This document shows positions 50,440 through 64,000 of a stretch of 64,000 nucleotides of DNA, in pieces; position 1 is the first letter of the stretch, and each line of letters opens with the position of its first letter. The position numbers and the translations under genes are program-made. The DNA is from Podarcis pityusensis (lineage: Eukaryota). The stretch lies in NCBI GenBank assembly GCA_964106645.2, contig OZ067042.1; one strand, 5' to 3'. The notes beneath the pieces were generated by a model, which did no database searches, was not told the origin of the DNA, and worked only from the letters and a program-made list of their open reading frames with translations.

Positions 50440-50966
50440 TCTCATAACCAGGCAACCTGGGTTCAGAGATCTGTAGAGGAGGCCTTGCTATTATAGCACC
50501 CTTGGCTCTCCCAGCAGTGACATCCCTGTACAGATTTTGCAGTTTTACACACTCAGGTGATAGCTTCAGATCTATTTGTTATGCAGGCCTTTGAATCGTA
50601 GCTGGAGTGACCCCACAAATCAGCACCACTGATTGCTGTATGCTATTGATTACTGTACTGCTGAGGTTCACAAACGGTGTTCTGCATGCTTCATTCAGGC
50701 AGTCTGCAGCATGTCTGTAAAATACCATTAAAAACCATACAGCTGTATTACAATTGCTACGTAATAGGCAAAAAAATTATTATGTGGTCTGCCAAGACCC
50801 TCAGCAATTTTCAAGTGGGCCAGTTGGGATGGGGGATGTTTGGGAACCACTGCTGTAGATTCTGGTTTTAACTTTGTTTTTAATGTTGTATTTTATGGAT
50901 GTTGCTAGCTGCCATGGGTTCTGATGGTGAGAGAGGTTGCAGTACAAGAAATGTTATAATAGTAAT
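50440..50966 (+). mobile_element. Degenerate L2 3' end, apparently interrupted by a hAT fragment ending about 50852
   Basis: GAGGAGGCCTTGCTATTATAGCACC and TTTGTTATGCAGGCCTTTG remnants; hAT-like end GTTTGGGAACCACTG; L2-like tail TGCTAGCTGCCATGGG...AAATGTTATAAT. Confidence 0.4.
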
Positions 50967-53209
50967 GATACAGGATCCAGAGGCTTTGATCCCAGCAACT
51001 TCTGCAGCACTAAAACAGGCTCCTCGGCGACATTCTTGCATACCCAACCCTCTCAACCCCAGAACCACTAAGAATTAGAACTAAGATACTCGAACAATTA
51101 CATTTTTAAAGAATTTGAATAAAAAGCATTTGATATATGGACCCAGTGTATGACATAGATTTAAAGAAACATCACTGGTAAGAGAACATGCCATGAATAT
51201 ACAGAAGGAACTGTTAGCTTGAAAGCATTTCTCTCCCTAATAAAGAAATACATTTATCATTCTGGGACAAGAACATAATACCAATTCACTAATAAAAACT
51301 TCTTGCTTTAGTTTCCTTGGTTTGTCCCCTGTGATTCAAGTATGATAAATATTTCAGCTTTTCATGTCAAGTTCCAAGACACTTTCATAGTTAGAATAAA
51401 AAGCTCATTCATTATACTCAGCCTGCGCACACAATAGCCCATCTGTAGCCCAAACATGTAGTTTTTCTCATTATGGAATCATTCATGCTCATATTCAACA
51501 TGCTACTTTCAATCTAGATTGATTCTAGATCCTACCATCCACAAGAGTGGGTATGGTTACTTGATATAAATTTGAAAACCCTCCCCTTCATTAGGTTATC
51601 CATGCCTTTTCCTTCCTGCATATGCCTCAGGTGAAGGAAGGAAGTGCTGACTGCAATCTTAGCATACACCCACCCACAATATCATTGGGCAGGAGTGGAT
51701 ACATTCCAATGGAGGCTGGGAAAACTTAGACCTAGTGGGGCACTTAGGTCATGTGACCTAGGTCACATGGGCAGCTCCTAGGACAGGGTGGTCAAACACC
51801 TGGCCCAAGGGAGTGTATGTGGCCCTCGAGGCCTTTTTTGGCAGCCCTTGGCAACATGTAGAGACTACTTGTAGTCTCCATTGATTCTAGAAAAAAATGT
51901 CATATGTACATAGCCTCTGAGTGGTTTTTAGGCCTATTTACCTAATTGTTTAAGGGCTGATCTTCACTTAAGATTTTGTATTTGGACACAAACTCTTCAT
52001 GACAAGTACTACGTGAAAGTTACATACATTTAAAATGAATACATTTGTCCTGATTTTCAATCTGTGTTCAGATAAACGTGTGGAAGGGATTATGTTTGTG
52101 CCTGCTGGTCTCTTCCCCTAAACTGTCAACTCATGTAAACTCTCTGAATTCAATGCATACAGCCCCATTTTGTCAAGATACAGTTTGCATATTCAAAGCA
52201 TATGTACGTTTGGATGTATAAGTATAGATGTCTGTGGTGATGGGCCATTGAACATGCAGACATCAGGGCTAGGCCAGCAAACATACTCCTGGCCACCACC
52301 ATACATTCATCTATGCATAGCATTATATGTTTGCAGAGGGCTTCAGCCTAAAATTATTGGGAAATAAGTATTATTTACTAATTATACACATAATGGATGA
52401 GCATCACTTGATTACACTTGAGGATTCATAAAATTTTATGCAGGTACAACATGTGAATTAAGCATTTTTTTTTAACCATAATGACCAGCAAGTACCATTA
52501 TATTTGAGCTGGGACAAGAGAAAATAAATCAGTTTTATTTTCATTCAACATTTGAATATGTGAGGTTATATGCTAACCTACTATATTTATTATCATCACC
52601 ATCAAGCACATCTTCTCTCCTTTTTATACTTGGACTAATAAGGGATTGAAAGACTGCAGTAGTGCAAATGAGAAGTCTAAAAAAAGAAGCATTAAAGTTG
52701 AAATCTCATTTAAATTAGGACACTATTTGAAATGCTAAGCAGAGCATGATTTTTCGCCTTCCCAAGAGCACAGAGATGTGGTTGTGTAATATATTGTCAA
52801 ATCAATATCTCCTGAAAATAATTCTTAAAGCAAACATTCCATCACCAATGCAAACTGCTCTTAAACACTGAATTGTTCACACCCAATTATTTTCAGATTT
52901 GTATGCTTTATTGCTGCCTAGAAAAGCATATGGACTAGAATGGACAATGTGAGGGGTATGAATAGAGGACCATTTGAAAAAAAATGTGTTGCAATCTCAA
53001 GCAATGGACCAGCTCATAAAATGCTTTCTATCTTTTTCCTCACTACTGCCAGCGGTCAAGTCATTAGCTAAGATCAAATACTCCTAGCAAATGAATCTTT
53101 AAGATTGTGAAAATTGCTGTAGCATAGAGGAGCCATGAACTATTGGCTCAGAAGTTGTTAGTTCATCACGTTTGCAAGTCACTCTTACATGTGAGGAAAG
53201 CAGCTAGAA

Positions 53210-53457
53210 CAGGGGTCAGCAAACTTTTTCAGCTGGGGGCCAGTCCACTGTCCCTCAGACGTGGGGGGGACGGACTATATTTTGAAGTAAAAAATGAACG
53301 AATTCCTATGCCCCACAAATAACCCAGAGATGCATTTTAAATAAAAGGACACATTCTACTCATGTAAAAACATGCTGATTCCCGGACCATCCGCGGGCCA
53401 GATTTAGAAGGCAATTGGGCCGGATTCGGCCTCCGGACATTAGTTTGCCAACCCATG
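53210..53457. mobile_element. hAT (Charlie-like) non-autonomous element, 248 bp, with 8-bp TSD
   Basis: Ends CAGGGGTCAGCAAACT / AGTTTGCCAACCCATG. TSD AGCTAGAA at 53202-53209 and 53458-53465. Confidence 0.92.
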
Positions 53458-53897
53458 AGCTAGAAAGACCAAAAATATTATCTTAAATCACATTGCTAGT
53501 GATTATATAAGTGTCTTCCTGGTCAATATAAAGGTACTACAGATCATCCATTAGATATCGGACTACCAAGTAATGGTAACAAAAAACCAGGCTGTGCAAC
53601 AGGAAGTCCCTTATTAATGAAATGGTCTTTGCAGGTTAGAGCTTTCATTAGCTATTTTAACAATCACTGAGTTGGATCCAGAGTTGAACTTAGTAGCAAC
53701 AGAAATTGGTGGGACTTAGTCATGACATAATTTAAGTTGTCCCATTGATTTCAGAGGAAGGTTACTTCAATTAAACTTAGTCCACATCCAACCTGTTATA
53801 TGAATCATCTCCCTGAATCTGTCGCCTGCAAATGATTCAACATTTCACTCACCATAGATCTGTTAGTAGGGCAACATTTGGAGGGCTACAGATTTCC

Positions 53898-54082
53898 TAG
53901 CGCTGGCTTCTTCAGCAGCCTGCCTCATCTGTGCCTCTTGGCCCCTCTCGTCAGCCTCTGCTTCCTCCTCTGATTTTGGACTGCTCTCTGCCACAGCCTC
54001 TTCTTTCTCGCTAAATCCTGTTACCTCTTCAGCTTCCAACACCTGCTCCTCCCAGTCTGCTTCCTCTTCTCCCTCTGACACA
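53898..54082 (-). repeat. Purine-rich interspersed repeat fragment (possibly LTR-derived)
   Basis: Abrupt GA-rich minus-strand block (GAAGCTGAAGAGGTAACAGG...GGCAGAGAGCAGTCC) that resembles a lizard interspersed repeat from memory. No flanking splice signals. Confidence 0.35.
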
Positions 54083-57000
54083 GCCAGTGGCAGGAAATCT
54101 GAATGGTGAAGTCAAGGAAAAGGGTGACAGGGAAGCTACAGTATGCAATCATTAGCTGCAAACTTTTCAGATTGCAAATTTGAAATGTTGTTCATCTCCA
54201 GGTGTTAAATAAAAGCTTGTTTGGATTAAGATTAATGAAAGAAGGAAAATGAAGGAGAAAACAGAGAAACCCTCCCAAATGTGAGAAGTTGTTTACATAC
54301 CTTTCATTGCAAGCAAGGAAAGCGGTTTTGTTTTTTCTTTTCTTTTCTGAAAGGGGAAAGCTTACTCAGTGATTAAATTGAAAAATTGACAAATAACATA
54401 AATATTTAAACCTTTTCAGGTATTCAAGGTTGCCCTAAAATCTGCTTGTAATAATACTGAATTTCAAAATAAAGAATGAGGCCAGGAATGAGAAGTATTA
54501 GCAAGCAGTTGTCATGGTCTCCCTTTGGACTAGAAGCATGGCTATAGTAATAAAACTCTCTGTGTTAGCATCTCTGTAGACAAGTGGCCTTGAGATCTTT
54601 GTGCTGAAATAAAGCATAGGGGAAAGGCAAGCTGAAAGAACGAAGGGGAGGGGAAAGAGAAGAGGATCAATTTACTCAGACAAATGCATCCATTTTTTTA
54701 TTTTTATTTTGCTGGTTTCATCTTTTTAAAAATCAAACTGGAATGAGATAGAATTAAAACTTGGGCTGTTCTTACTAAGAAAACAATAAACCTATCCCAG
54801 CCTTTGAAATGTGGTGCACATGCATTCACCAAGGGACACAAAAAGCTCTGAGCAATGATGAAGAATGCTCCACAGGCAAGTGGCTACACACACAGTGGGC
54901 TGGTTCACACATAAGCCTCAGTAAGCCTGAGCAGAGCATCAGGACTGCACCTGCCCCTTACCACGTTGCTGGGAGGAAGACTTCTACCATGATTACTTTA
55001 ATTTTCGAAGATACCTTAGCTTAGGGCTAGGTACGAATCAGGGATCCTTGTTTACAACAAATAGTGGTTAGTCGCTAAACAGGGCATCTTCAAACTATGG
55101 ATACTGAAACCAGATTGTTTAATTGTTGTTCTAAACCAGGATTCCTGGTTCTCACATGGTGTTAAGTTGCAAACCCTTGAAATTCAACTAACTCATCAGC
55201 AGTCCTCCTCCTCTTAGCCTTGCAGGAGGAAGAGAGGAAGGAGATGCACAAGCCAGGTTTCCTCAGGCTCACTGAAGTTTGTCCATGTAGTCACTGTATG
55301 TGCATACCTGCCTCTATATGTATGCATGCACTGACCATACCCACTCTTGATTTGCTGATGCCCACTGCTGGCATGTGGTCTTCAGAGGGTTAGCCAACAG
55401 CAAAAACAGTAATTAAAAAATAGCCACCCCTGATGTTCTGCTAAACTGTACTTTTGTATTATGTGCAAGCCAGCACAAATGACTGCCCCATCCCCTTTTT
55501 GCCTTGAGCTCAGTACGCAGATCAGAATCAGGTCATTCTCTCCCTCCTTCACCTTCCTGCTAGTGATCTAGTGTAGTCAACACTATGTGTGGTCGGGCTA
55601 TGGGAAGTTACTGTAAAAAGGGAAATGGAGCAAACAGGTATTTCCACCAATCAACAAAATATTCCTTTTGCTTCCTGACAAGGGTTATAGCATTATCTGT
55701 GCTGGATCAAAGCAGATGTCATAGTGGTAAATAAGAGGGGAAAGTTCTCCTGTGCTATAGAAGCACTAATCTGTGCTCAGACTTACAACTTTATACAAAC
55801 AAGATAGTAATGCAACTAATGGGGGGCAGGGAGAGAACTTTAGGGGGGGAATTGGACATGAAGGTATGGTTGATGTAAATGGGCCAGTGGTATTTTATAA
55901 CTTGAAGTTACAAATAAAACTAGACACCAGTTATATATATATAGAAGAAAAATTCAGTTTTGAAAAAAATGCACATCATTTGTCAAAAGGAAAGCAGCCT
56001 TCATAATTTGTTGATGTATGGCTCCAACTTTTTCCATTATTTATGAGTCTGCAACATTTTTTGTAACAGTTCCTTCACCACATTAGCTTGCTCAATGGAA
56101 AACATTCCTGTGACTCAAACCTATGAGCAAAGTCCTAGTCATTTCTGCTGGACTTAGTTAAATCAATATGCTGAATGAGATTGGGCCAGCTTTGGTAATG
56201 GAGCTAGCCAAAATTGAGAGGAGGATATTTACTATTTTGCTTTTCTCGCTTTCTTTTTTTTCCTGATGTATCTGATGTTTATGGGTGTACTGCAGATAAT
56301 CTGACTAGCCATGCATCACAAATGTTTGAAGGCCTGGAGGTCTCACACAGTAATCTGCTTTCCAAATTCTAAGAACTGGTTGACTTAATCCTGAATTAAA
56401 TACCAAAGATTATTTATTTGTCATTATGACTGCTAGCAATGGAATCTGAGATGCACTGAATATTTAATGGCAGAATTCAGCTGGATACTGAATAACTGGA
56501 AAATTTTAATTTTGCTTAACAAACATTTTTTTCATAAAAAACCCCCCAAGCTTAAAGGAAAAAGTCGACAATATATTAAAGCAGAATGTTAGCAACTGCC
56601 TCCCCCCAAAACGCTTCTGATCCTGGTAGTTACTCAGCCTTACCGAATGTAATTTATAAGAGAGAACACATTATGGGTGCAGATAGAATAGAAGACATTA
56701 TAGGTGAAGATAGTATCTACTTTTGATTAAAGTGGTGTACCAGAATTTTTGGTCACCATAATAATTTGTCTAAGAAGATACTCATCACCAAGTAAAGTTT
56801 GTGAGTTGTGAAGGAAAATATAGTTCTACAATACAAAATACAGTACAAGACCTTCAACCTCTGTTGTCGTGTAACATCTTTGCCAACTGCAGCACTAAGT
56901 TCAGTCCATCTGAAGATATCTAGGTACACAAATCTAATTCAGAGTTTAAAGGCACCCCAGAAATGAATATATTGAGAGTATGTGTAGCGAGATAGAAGTG

Positions 57001-58304
57001 GGTCAACTAGTTGTTCCAGTTTTGAAAGGAAATTTTAGAAAAGCAACTTGTTCTTCAGACATTGCTGTTGAGGACAAACCTAAAACTAAAATAGATGCTG
57101 TTACATGCCCAGGCAATTGGTAACTAGGCTCTGTCTGCTGCTCTTTTGCATAAAAGCTGGAACTGACTGTCCCAATTAGATTACAATTACCCCTGCTCAG
57201 AGGTCTTGGATAACACAGGCTTTTTAGATGCAAAAGAGTCATTCTTCAAAAGGCCAAGGGATTTCTCCTTGTACGGCAGAAAACAAGCAAGGCAAATATA
57301 AATGATTCATAACTGTAACCCTGACCATTCTCCCTCCAAATTCATTTCCCTCAGCCTCACACTGTCTTTCTGTTCCTGCATTTTACCTTTATTTATCCTT
57401 CAGGCGTCTTTCTGTATATTACATCCTATTTCCCAAGTCTGTCTATGAGAGTGGGCTGATGTTAGGGCTGCAAAACTGATAGAAAGGTACCAACTCGGCC
57501 AATTAGGGGCTTTCTGGGCCCCGTATTGCCAGTCAAAGGATGCAAATGTTGATTTCCCATTATTATTTTAAAGTTGTGTATTTTTATTTTTATTTTGCAC
57601 ATATATGCTTTGTGCAAGTATGCATACTGGGGCAGGTGAGTCCCACAGATGTAGACTCTCTATTTCTACTCAGAATTGAGATTGAGGACTTCATTCGGGA
57701 ACCATACCGTGAGTGGGAAATGAAACACTGAGCATCTTTTTGCCAGCAGGAAACCTAAGAGTTTTAGCTGAATTCTAATCTCCATTGGGAAAGATTAGCC
57801 ACCCATCTTTGAGAGGGCCTATCACTGCCTCCCCCTTCTCTTTCCCCTAGGTAAGAGTTTCTTGCCTAGAAGTATGGAGAAGGCATCAGAAGGGGACACT
57901 GAGGAGCCTCTTAAGACTGATTGACTGGAACCCTCAAAAAGCCCTAAGACTGGGTAATCTGCTTTGTGCGGATTGAGTTCTTTCTATGGGCTTGCTTGAT
58001 TTGAAGCTTGTAGTTTGGTCCACTTGTTTGAGCTATACACTTTGGGTTCTCTGCTATGGATTCATAGAATAAGCTGTCTACAAACTAGATACTCTTAGTG
58101 TTTCCCATCTGTAAAATGGATACACATTTTTAGAATATTTTCCAGGTGTTTAATTTCTTAATACTATTTATGTGAGTGACAGACATGGTCTTAAATTAGT
58201 TTTGCACTTTTAGTTCTTCCTATGTGATACATTTGTAGCCTATGTCATATCAACTGTGTTGGCCTGCATTATTTATAGAAGGGTTGCTTGGCAGTAGAAG
58301 ACTT

Positions 58305-58491
58305 GGAAGAGGGCTATAGCTCAGTGGCAGAGCATCAGTTTTGCATGTAGATAGTCCCAAATTCAATCCCCAGCGTCTCCAGGCAACACTGGGAGAGACT
58401 CCCTGTATGAAACCCTGGAGAGTTGCTCCTAGTCAGTGCTCACAATACTAAGCTAGATGGATTTGACTTGCGGCATGGAAGCTTCCTATGT
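58305..58491 (+). mobile_element. tRNA-derived SINE (Squam3-like)
   Basis: TAGCTCAGTGGCAGAGC A-box, TTCAATCCCC B-box remnant, GAAACCCTGGAGAG, CTTCCTATGT tail. Confidence 0.88.
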
Positions 58492-59369
58492 ACATGTAAT
58501 GTAATAACAGACTTATGTCTCTGGTAGTTTCCTATGGACTCTGTTCCTTTTGCACTGGGCTCCAGCCCAGACCTTGCCCGACTAGGTACCCAAATTTTGT
58601 TGTCTTGGAGTGGAAAACTATTGTTGCAGTAAACATCTGAAATGACAACTATGGCTTGCACTATGAAAATCACCTCTTCCTGTTCACCCTTCTTTATCAC
58701 TGGATAGTGGCAACCAGTACATTTGTTTTATAGGGAAGATAAAACAAATCCGAAACTGATTAAACTTTAAAGCACATAGCTTTCTCTCCTTCGGCTACTG
58801 CTTGGTGATAGGGACTTGGAAGAATGGCATGCTTTCCACATGGGCCACAGCTAATGTCCACTAAGGAGTTGGATTTGCCATGGAGGAGGTGGCAAAATGT
58901 GGAGTATGGGGAAGCTTTGAAGTAGTCTGACAAGGATAGATTTTAACAAGGAACGAAGAAGAAATGAGTATCTGAGACAAAAGCAAATGGGACACTTTAT
59001 GCTTCTAATGTTTTTCTTTCTCCTTTGCTAAGCTCCTATCAGGAGACTGTCAAACCTAACCACAATATCAACAGCAAAGATAGTGATGCTTTGATCATTA
59101 CTCAGATCGAGCAGGTTTTCCCTATTATATGGCATCTATTTGAAGTGAAAATGAAGCACCATGAATCTCTTTGGAAATGGCAGGATTTTGTAAGGGATAG
59201 CATCACATATCAGTTTTGTAGAATATTATCATTAATTTCAGTACAAAAGAAGAAAAGAATGAAAAGAAAGAAATTGTTACAAGCCACTGACATTTCCGAT
59301 AAAACTGAAGATTCTGTTGCTTTCCCAATTTAGTATTATTGATCATTTCCATATTACTTTAAGTATGCA

Positions 59370-59500
59370 GTGTGCTTTATAGTGTGCTTTTCCTTATCTC
59401 ACAGATCCTCACAACACCCACTTTTCAGATGGTGAACTGAGGCTAAGAAAGATTTCTCCCCCACAGATTTTAAACCAGGATTTCCAAAACCCAATACTCT
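59370..59500 (-). mobile_element. MIR/CORE-SINE remnant
   Basis: ATCCTCACAACA...CCCACTTTTCAGATGGTGAACTGAGGCT matches the antisense CORE domain. Weaker remnants near 41380-41450 and 58095-58122. Confidence 0.5.
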
Positions 59501-62500
59501 TATTCAACAGATTATATTTTTAGCAAGGCTTTGGGCTTTCACTGGAACAGGTAAAATAGAAAACATAAGCGAAAAAGTCTGGGTAAAATGAAGACATACA
59601 TTTTGTGTTTCAAGGACTATCATTTCTTTGATATGTGTGACATTTCTCTGTCAACAGCTCATTCTGATTGGCATGTGGGATAACAGCAGAATGAGATTTC
59701 CAGGGTAAATACATGGATTAAAGGAGATTATACTAGTAACTGTAAATGGATGATAAATGCTTTAGTTTTCTGTATTTCTGGGAGGAAAAAAGTCTGTTCC
59801 AAAGCATGGTCATAAGGGATGTATAAAACTAGATGGTCCTTATCACACTACAGGGTCTCCTATTTGCATTTACCCCCTTTTAAAAAAGTTTACTTCCCTA
59901 AAATGAAGCAAAACATGGAAACAAGCAGTTCTGCTTGAATTATGAATTAGAACATGCATATGCATATATATGTGCACTGATCATTTTGCATAATTTATTC
60001 CAGTCATAAGATTTGAGGTTACTGACTGTAGAATTGGAGTGGGGAAAATTTTTAAATTCCTAGTTACAGCTTTCCATCCTTTAAGTTCCAATCACCTAGC
60101 TCTTGCTGATCTGCTTTGACACTGATTTAATAGCAGAAAACAGAATCAGCTGAAAAATGCAAACTACAAACTGTAAGTCACTAATGTTGCAGAGTCTTCA
60201 CTGTTTACAATAAGGTAAGGTGGAGTTTTCTCTTCTACCTTGGAGATCACACACGATTCAGGTGTGGTTAACATACTACACTATATTCTTGTGAAGTCAC
60301 AAATCAGTGAATAAGGATTTCCTTGAAATCAAATTAGAAGAACAAACAGCATTGTGAGAGCAGAGGTGCGTCTTCTTATGATTAACTGATTCACTATTAA
60401 TGAGCAGACACACTTTAAAAGTAGAAACTGATTATTTGGGTGGAAAGGATCTATCATGCATCAAATATCTATGCTAAGTAAGAAGTCTGTGTAATTGGAT
60501 TTTTAAGAAGTTAGGTGCAGTGTTAGGGAGCTGCTGAACACATCTTTTTAGCTTCCAAAATTTGCTTCCAAAGGTTATTTCAAGGCACTTTAGTTTATAA
60601 ATCTGCCAACATAATTGCCTCTCAGAGAATGTTTATTTTGCTACATATTTAGGGATGACAGTTGTGGTGACAGTTGCTTCCATGTGGTGAGTCCAAGACA
60701 AAGTACTACTGAATGGGATTTTGTTCCATAAAAGAAAATAGCACTGATCTGCCTACAATACAAATATTTGATTTAATGGAGTTGTAATTCATATCATTAC
60801 TTAAATGGACATACTTTTCCACATCCTAACCAAAAACTGACAGTGAAAAACAAGAGGGTACTTTAGGTAAGGAGGTAGAAGTGAGCCAAAAATGAGGGAG
60901 AGGGGAAGCAGAAGTCTAAAGGTGACATGAAGGACACCAGGGTCTTAGAGAGGGGGAGCCTGGAGGAAGGGAACAGAGACGGTAAACTGGGGACTGAAGA
61001 AAGAGGAATAGGGGAAGAAAGGTGACTGCCTGAGAACTACATGTATGCCATCTTTCGTTCCATGATGGAACAAAACAAAAGAAGAAATGAGAGCACCTTG
61101 ATTCATTTTAATAGGGTTTGGCTACAGATAAACCCAGTTGAAATGAATGGGGGCTGAAATGCAGCCTTGCTTTGTGAGCTGAGTCCAACACAGCATCTTT
61201 GAACACAGAGGTGGGAGATGAGGAAAGGATGGCTAAGGGCACCTGATTTGTACCTTTCAGTTCTTCTTCGGTTTACGATGCATTCAGTAAATGTACTCTC
61301 TCTGAATAATGGGTGCAAGTGAAGTTAATGTTTATAAATAAGGCTAGCAAGAGGAGAAACCCTGGCATAACATTAAGATAGTGCTCACACCATTATAAAT
61401 GAGAGTTGATGAACCAGGATATTTTCATATGTGCTTGCAGAGTGCTTTAGTGCACTGAAACGATCATAATAAATGACAGAACCTAGTAAAAATGCCCAGT
61501 GTGTAATTATAAATAGTATTGATGAAATAAAAATGAAGATGTACTTGTTGAGCTCCATGGTGATCTATGTAACCACTGATTAGCCATTCTAATTCCCATT
61601 ATTTTCTCAGTAGGGTTGAAATTTCACTAGAGCCATTTGCATTAACTTTCATAGGTACAGGGATCTCTGATATTATTAATATACTAAGTAATGAGTTCAT
61701 TGCACTAATGCAGCTGCATTTAGTCCTCAGTTACTGGGCTTTTACAGGAGCTTTTTTGGGGGGGGGGAAACTAACCAAGGAAATTGCAGCAATGCTGAAA
61801 TGTGAAGCTTTTGGTTTCAAACGGCATTAGAGCACCATCTTTTCTGTTATTAACTTGCCTGCATGACAACTCTTGCCTAATCTGGTTGTTGTTCTAAATT
61901 TCTTTGTGACATTATGGTTAACTTCTTTAATTTTCATTTAGAGTATTAAAGATTCTACACTGATGGGTCTTTACTGTAATTATCATAGTGTGTTCCGTAT
62001 TGTGAATGTTCAGATTCTGCATAACAATGTGGAAATGCCAGTAATTTAATCTAATAAAGTTATCTATCCAGAATGGTATCTTACAATAATATGTATTTAA
62101 AAGGGGGATGTATTCCAATTATCTGCCTAACCAAAACTAGCAGGTCATCTTTAACACCCTTCACTTTAACAAAGGAGAAAGCGTTAGCATGATAAATTTT
62201 TAATTAAAATGAACAATAGAGGAATGGGGAAACTTACATTTCTCAGCCAGCAAATAAAACTAAAGTATAAAATGTTGGTTTCTTATTCTGGAAGGTAATA
62301 TGGTCTTCCATCAGTTAGTATGTACTGTATACAACAAAATGGGGGGGGGGGGAGAGAGAGAGATTCAAACATCCCAGCCTGGGTATTTCTATTTAAATCT
62401 GATTACAGTGAAATAAAACTGTAGCTATTAAAGGTTTAAAAGAACTACAAATACAAGCAGTAAAAGAAGACAGTTAGTAAATGAGGTAGTAAAACATTTC

Positions 62501-64000
62501 AGCAGGGCAAACAGTTTATAGCTCACTGCCTTCTGTAGCAGGCGGCTCTATTCACCAAAGCCTCACGTGTGGTTCCCTGAATTGCACTTAAGCCTGCAAT
62601 TAACCTTTCACGCCTAATGAAGCTGTTTTGCTGGAAAATTAAAATGTATAGTACTGCCTGCTCTTGCAAAAGTTGTGGGGAGCGGGGAAAGCTATCTCAG
62701 AATGAATCCATTTTCAAAGCCTATTGTTCAAATGTAAAATTCAAGTATTGCACTTACATCTTAAATTGCACACCACAGTTTGCAAGGCAATCTGCTTTAT
62801 TGTGGTACATTTTATTTCTGTACTTATTAATTGTTCTGCATAATTGTTAAAAATAAAAAACCCGCACACCAGTAATTTTATAGTTAGGCATTTAGTGCTT
62901 GAGGATCAACTATTACCACTAAATTGCCATTAGGGAAGACTATAGTTGTTCTATGTACAACCAAGATAATATTGTTTTTTCTTGTTTCTGGTGTTGTCTT
63001 TTAAAAATAATAATGTCATTTTCTCTGGCATATTGGATTGGCCGCTCCTTTTAATGGTGTCTCTAGCATTCACTAAAGGAAACTATCGATTGTTTCCTAA
63101 CCAAAGGTTATGAAACTGGTCATCCCCATTTCTGTAAAGCTAAAACTGATTTGATAAATCCTATTCCAAGATGGACTTGGAATTTCCTGACCTCAAGATC
63201 ACAGAGAAGCTTCTGGCCTGTACATGTGACCCATTAATTCTGCTTCTGTGATTTGATACTGAACCATGCTGATTCTACAGTACTACTGCTACAGAACTGA
63301 AGAAACAGAGGCTCTCAGCTCAGGAGGGAGTATTTTTAAAGGGGGAATGCATGAAGTAAATTATAACAAGCCATGAAACTAGGGGTGACAAATGGGAGTT
63401 ATCATAGGATTTACATTTCCAGCCAATAATATTAACTCTAACTGTTTAGAAACACAACCCTATTAAATAAAGGTAAAGCATATAATAAATATTTAAGCCC
63501 CAGCATTTTTACTGACTCTTTGGTTGCATTTTGATGTAAATTCTACTTGCCAGCAGCGTCTGTGCATCATTTTGACTTGGTAATGAAATTCTTTTAGACC
63601 GCCAATCTGAAGTAATGAATTGTTCCCCTAGTTAATTGTACTGCTTTGATAACAAGGAACTGTGTTGGGCCTAGAGAACACGGTAAGTGAATTCCATTGG
63701 ATGATTTGTGTGACGTTTTGAAAAATGATCTTCTGGAGTGACTTGATATTAATGGAACTCTAACAGCATGCAAGCATGTCCCAGTATGCAGTTTTAGATT
63801 GAAAAGAAGCAGTTCCTTCTGAATAGTGGAGTAAGAGGAACAGCATCCAATAAAGCATATTTCAAGAAAATGAAAACTTGGGAAAAGCAGGTTAGGTTCA
63901 GCTCTTTTGTGAGTTCAGGGTGTCCGGTAAAAAGTGCCTTGATGTGTTTTTTTGGGGAGCACATTCTATCCCTAGCCTGATCCTAGATCAGTTCACTAAC

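Noticed and set aside
53863-54081. Acidic E-rich 72-aa ORF
   Set aside because: Low-complexity purine-rich repeat fragment with a non-ATG start and no supporting splice sites.
58305-58385. tRNA-like sequences (also at the heads of 7423, 28935 and 39412)
   Set aside because: A/B boxes continue directly into SINE bodies; cloverleaf is incomplete and there is no Pol III terminator.

Overview
This is AT-rich vertebrate genomic DNA, not a prokaryotic window. The repeat content (Sauria/Squam1 SINEs with (ACCTTT)n tails, Squam3-like tRNA SINEs, RTE-BovB, CR1, L2, hAT and Tc1/mariner MITEs) points to a squamate reptile, most resembling a lacertid lizard. I can support only one convincing coding exon, 4153-4267 (+), reading GSPKPIAIEPCSGNKAAVLTVFLCLPRGSSGVPPPGQS; I do not recognise the gene. 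The rest looks like a very long intron or downstream non-coding DNA. Nearly all ORFs in the supplied track are chance ORFs or transposon relics. No rRNA, true tRNA gene, CRISPR array or intact transposase/RT gene was found. The best candidates for follow-up are: (1) an HDV-like ribozyme topology at the 5' end of a non-autonomous retroelement (16979-17088, minus strand); (2) a 21-nt frame-preserving microexon with SRRM4-type UGC motifs (6129-6149); (3) recursive-splicing-type AG|GT sites (57850, 22710); (4) an inverted Sauria SINE pair bracketing the exon; (5) two Tc2-like MITEs with shared ends but unrelated interiors built from nested palindromes. All are hypotheses from sequence inspection. 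Repeat family names come from recalled consensus features, not from a database search.
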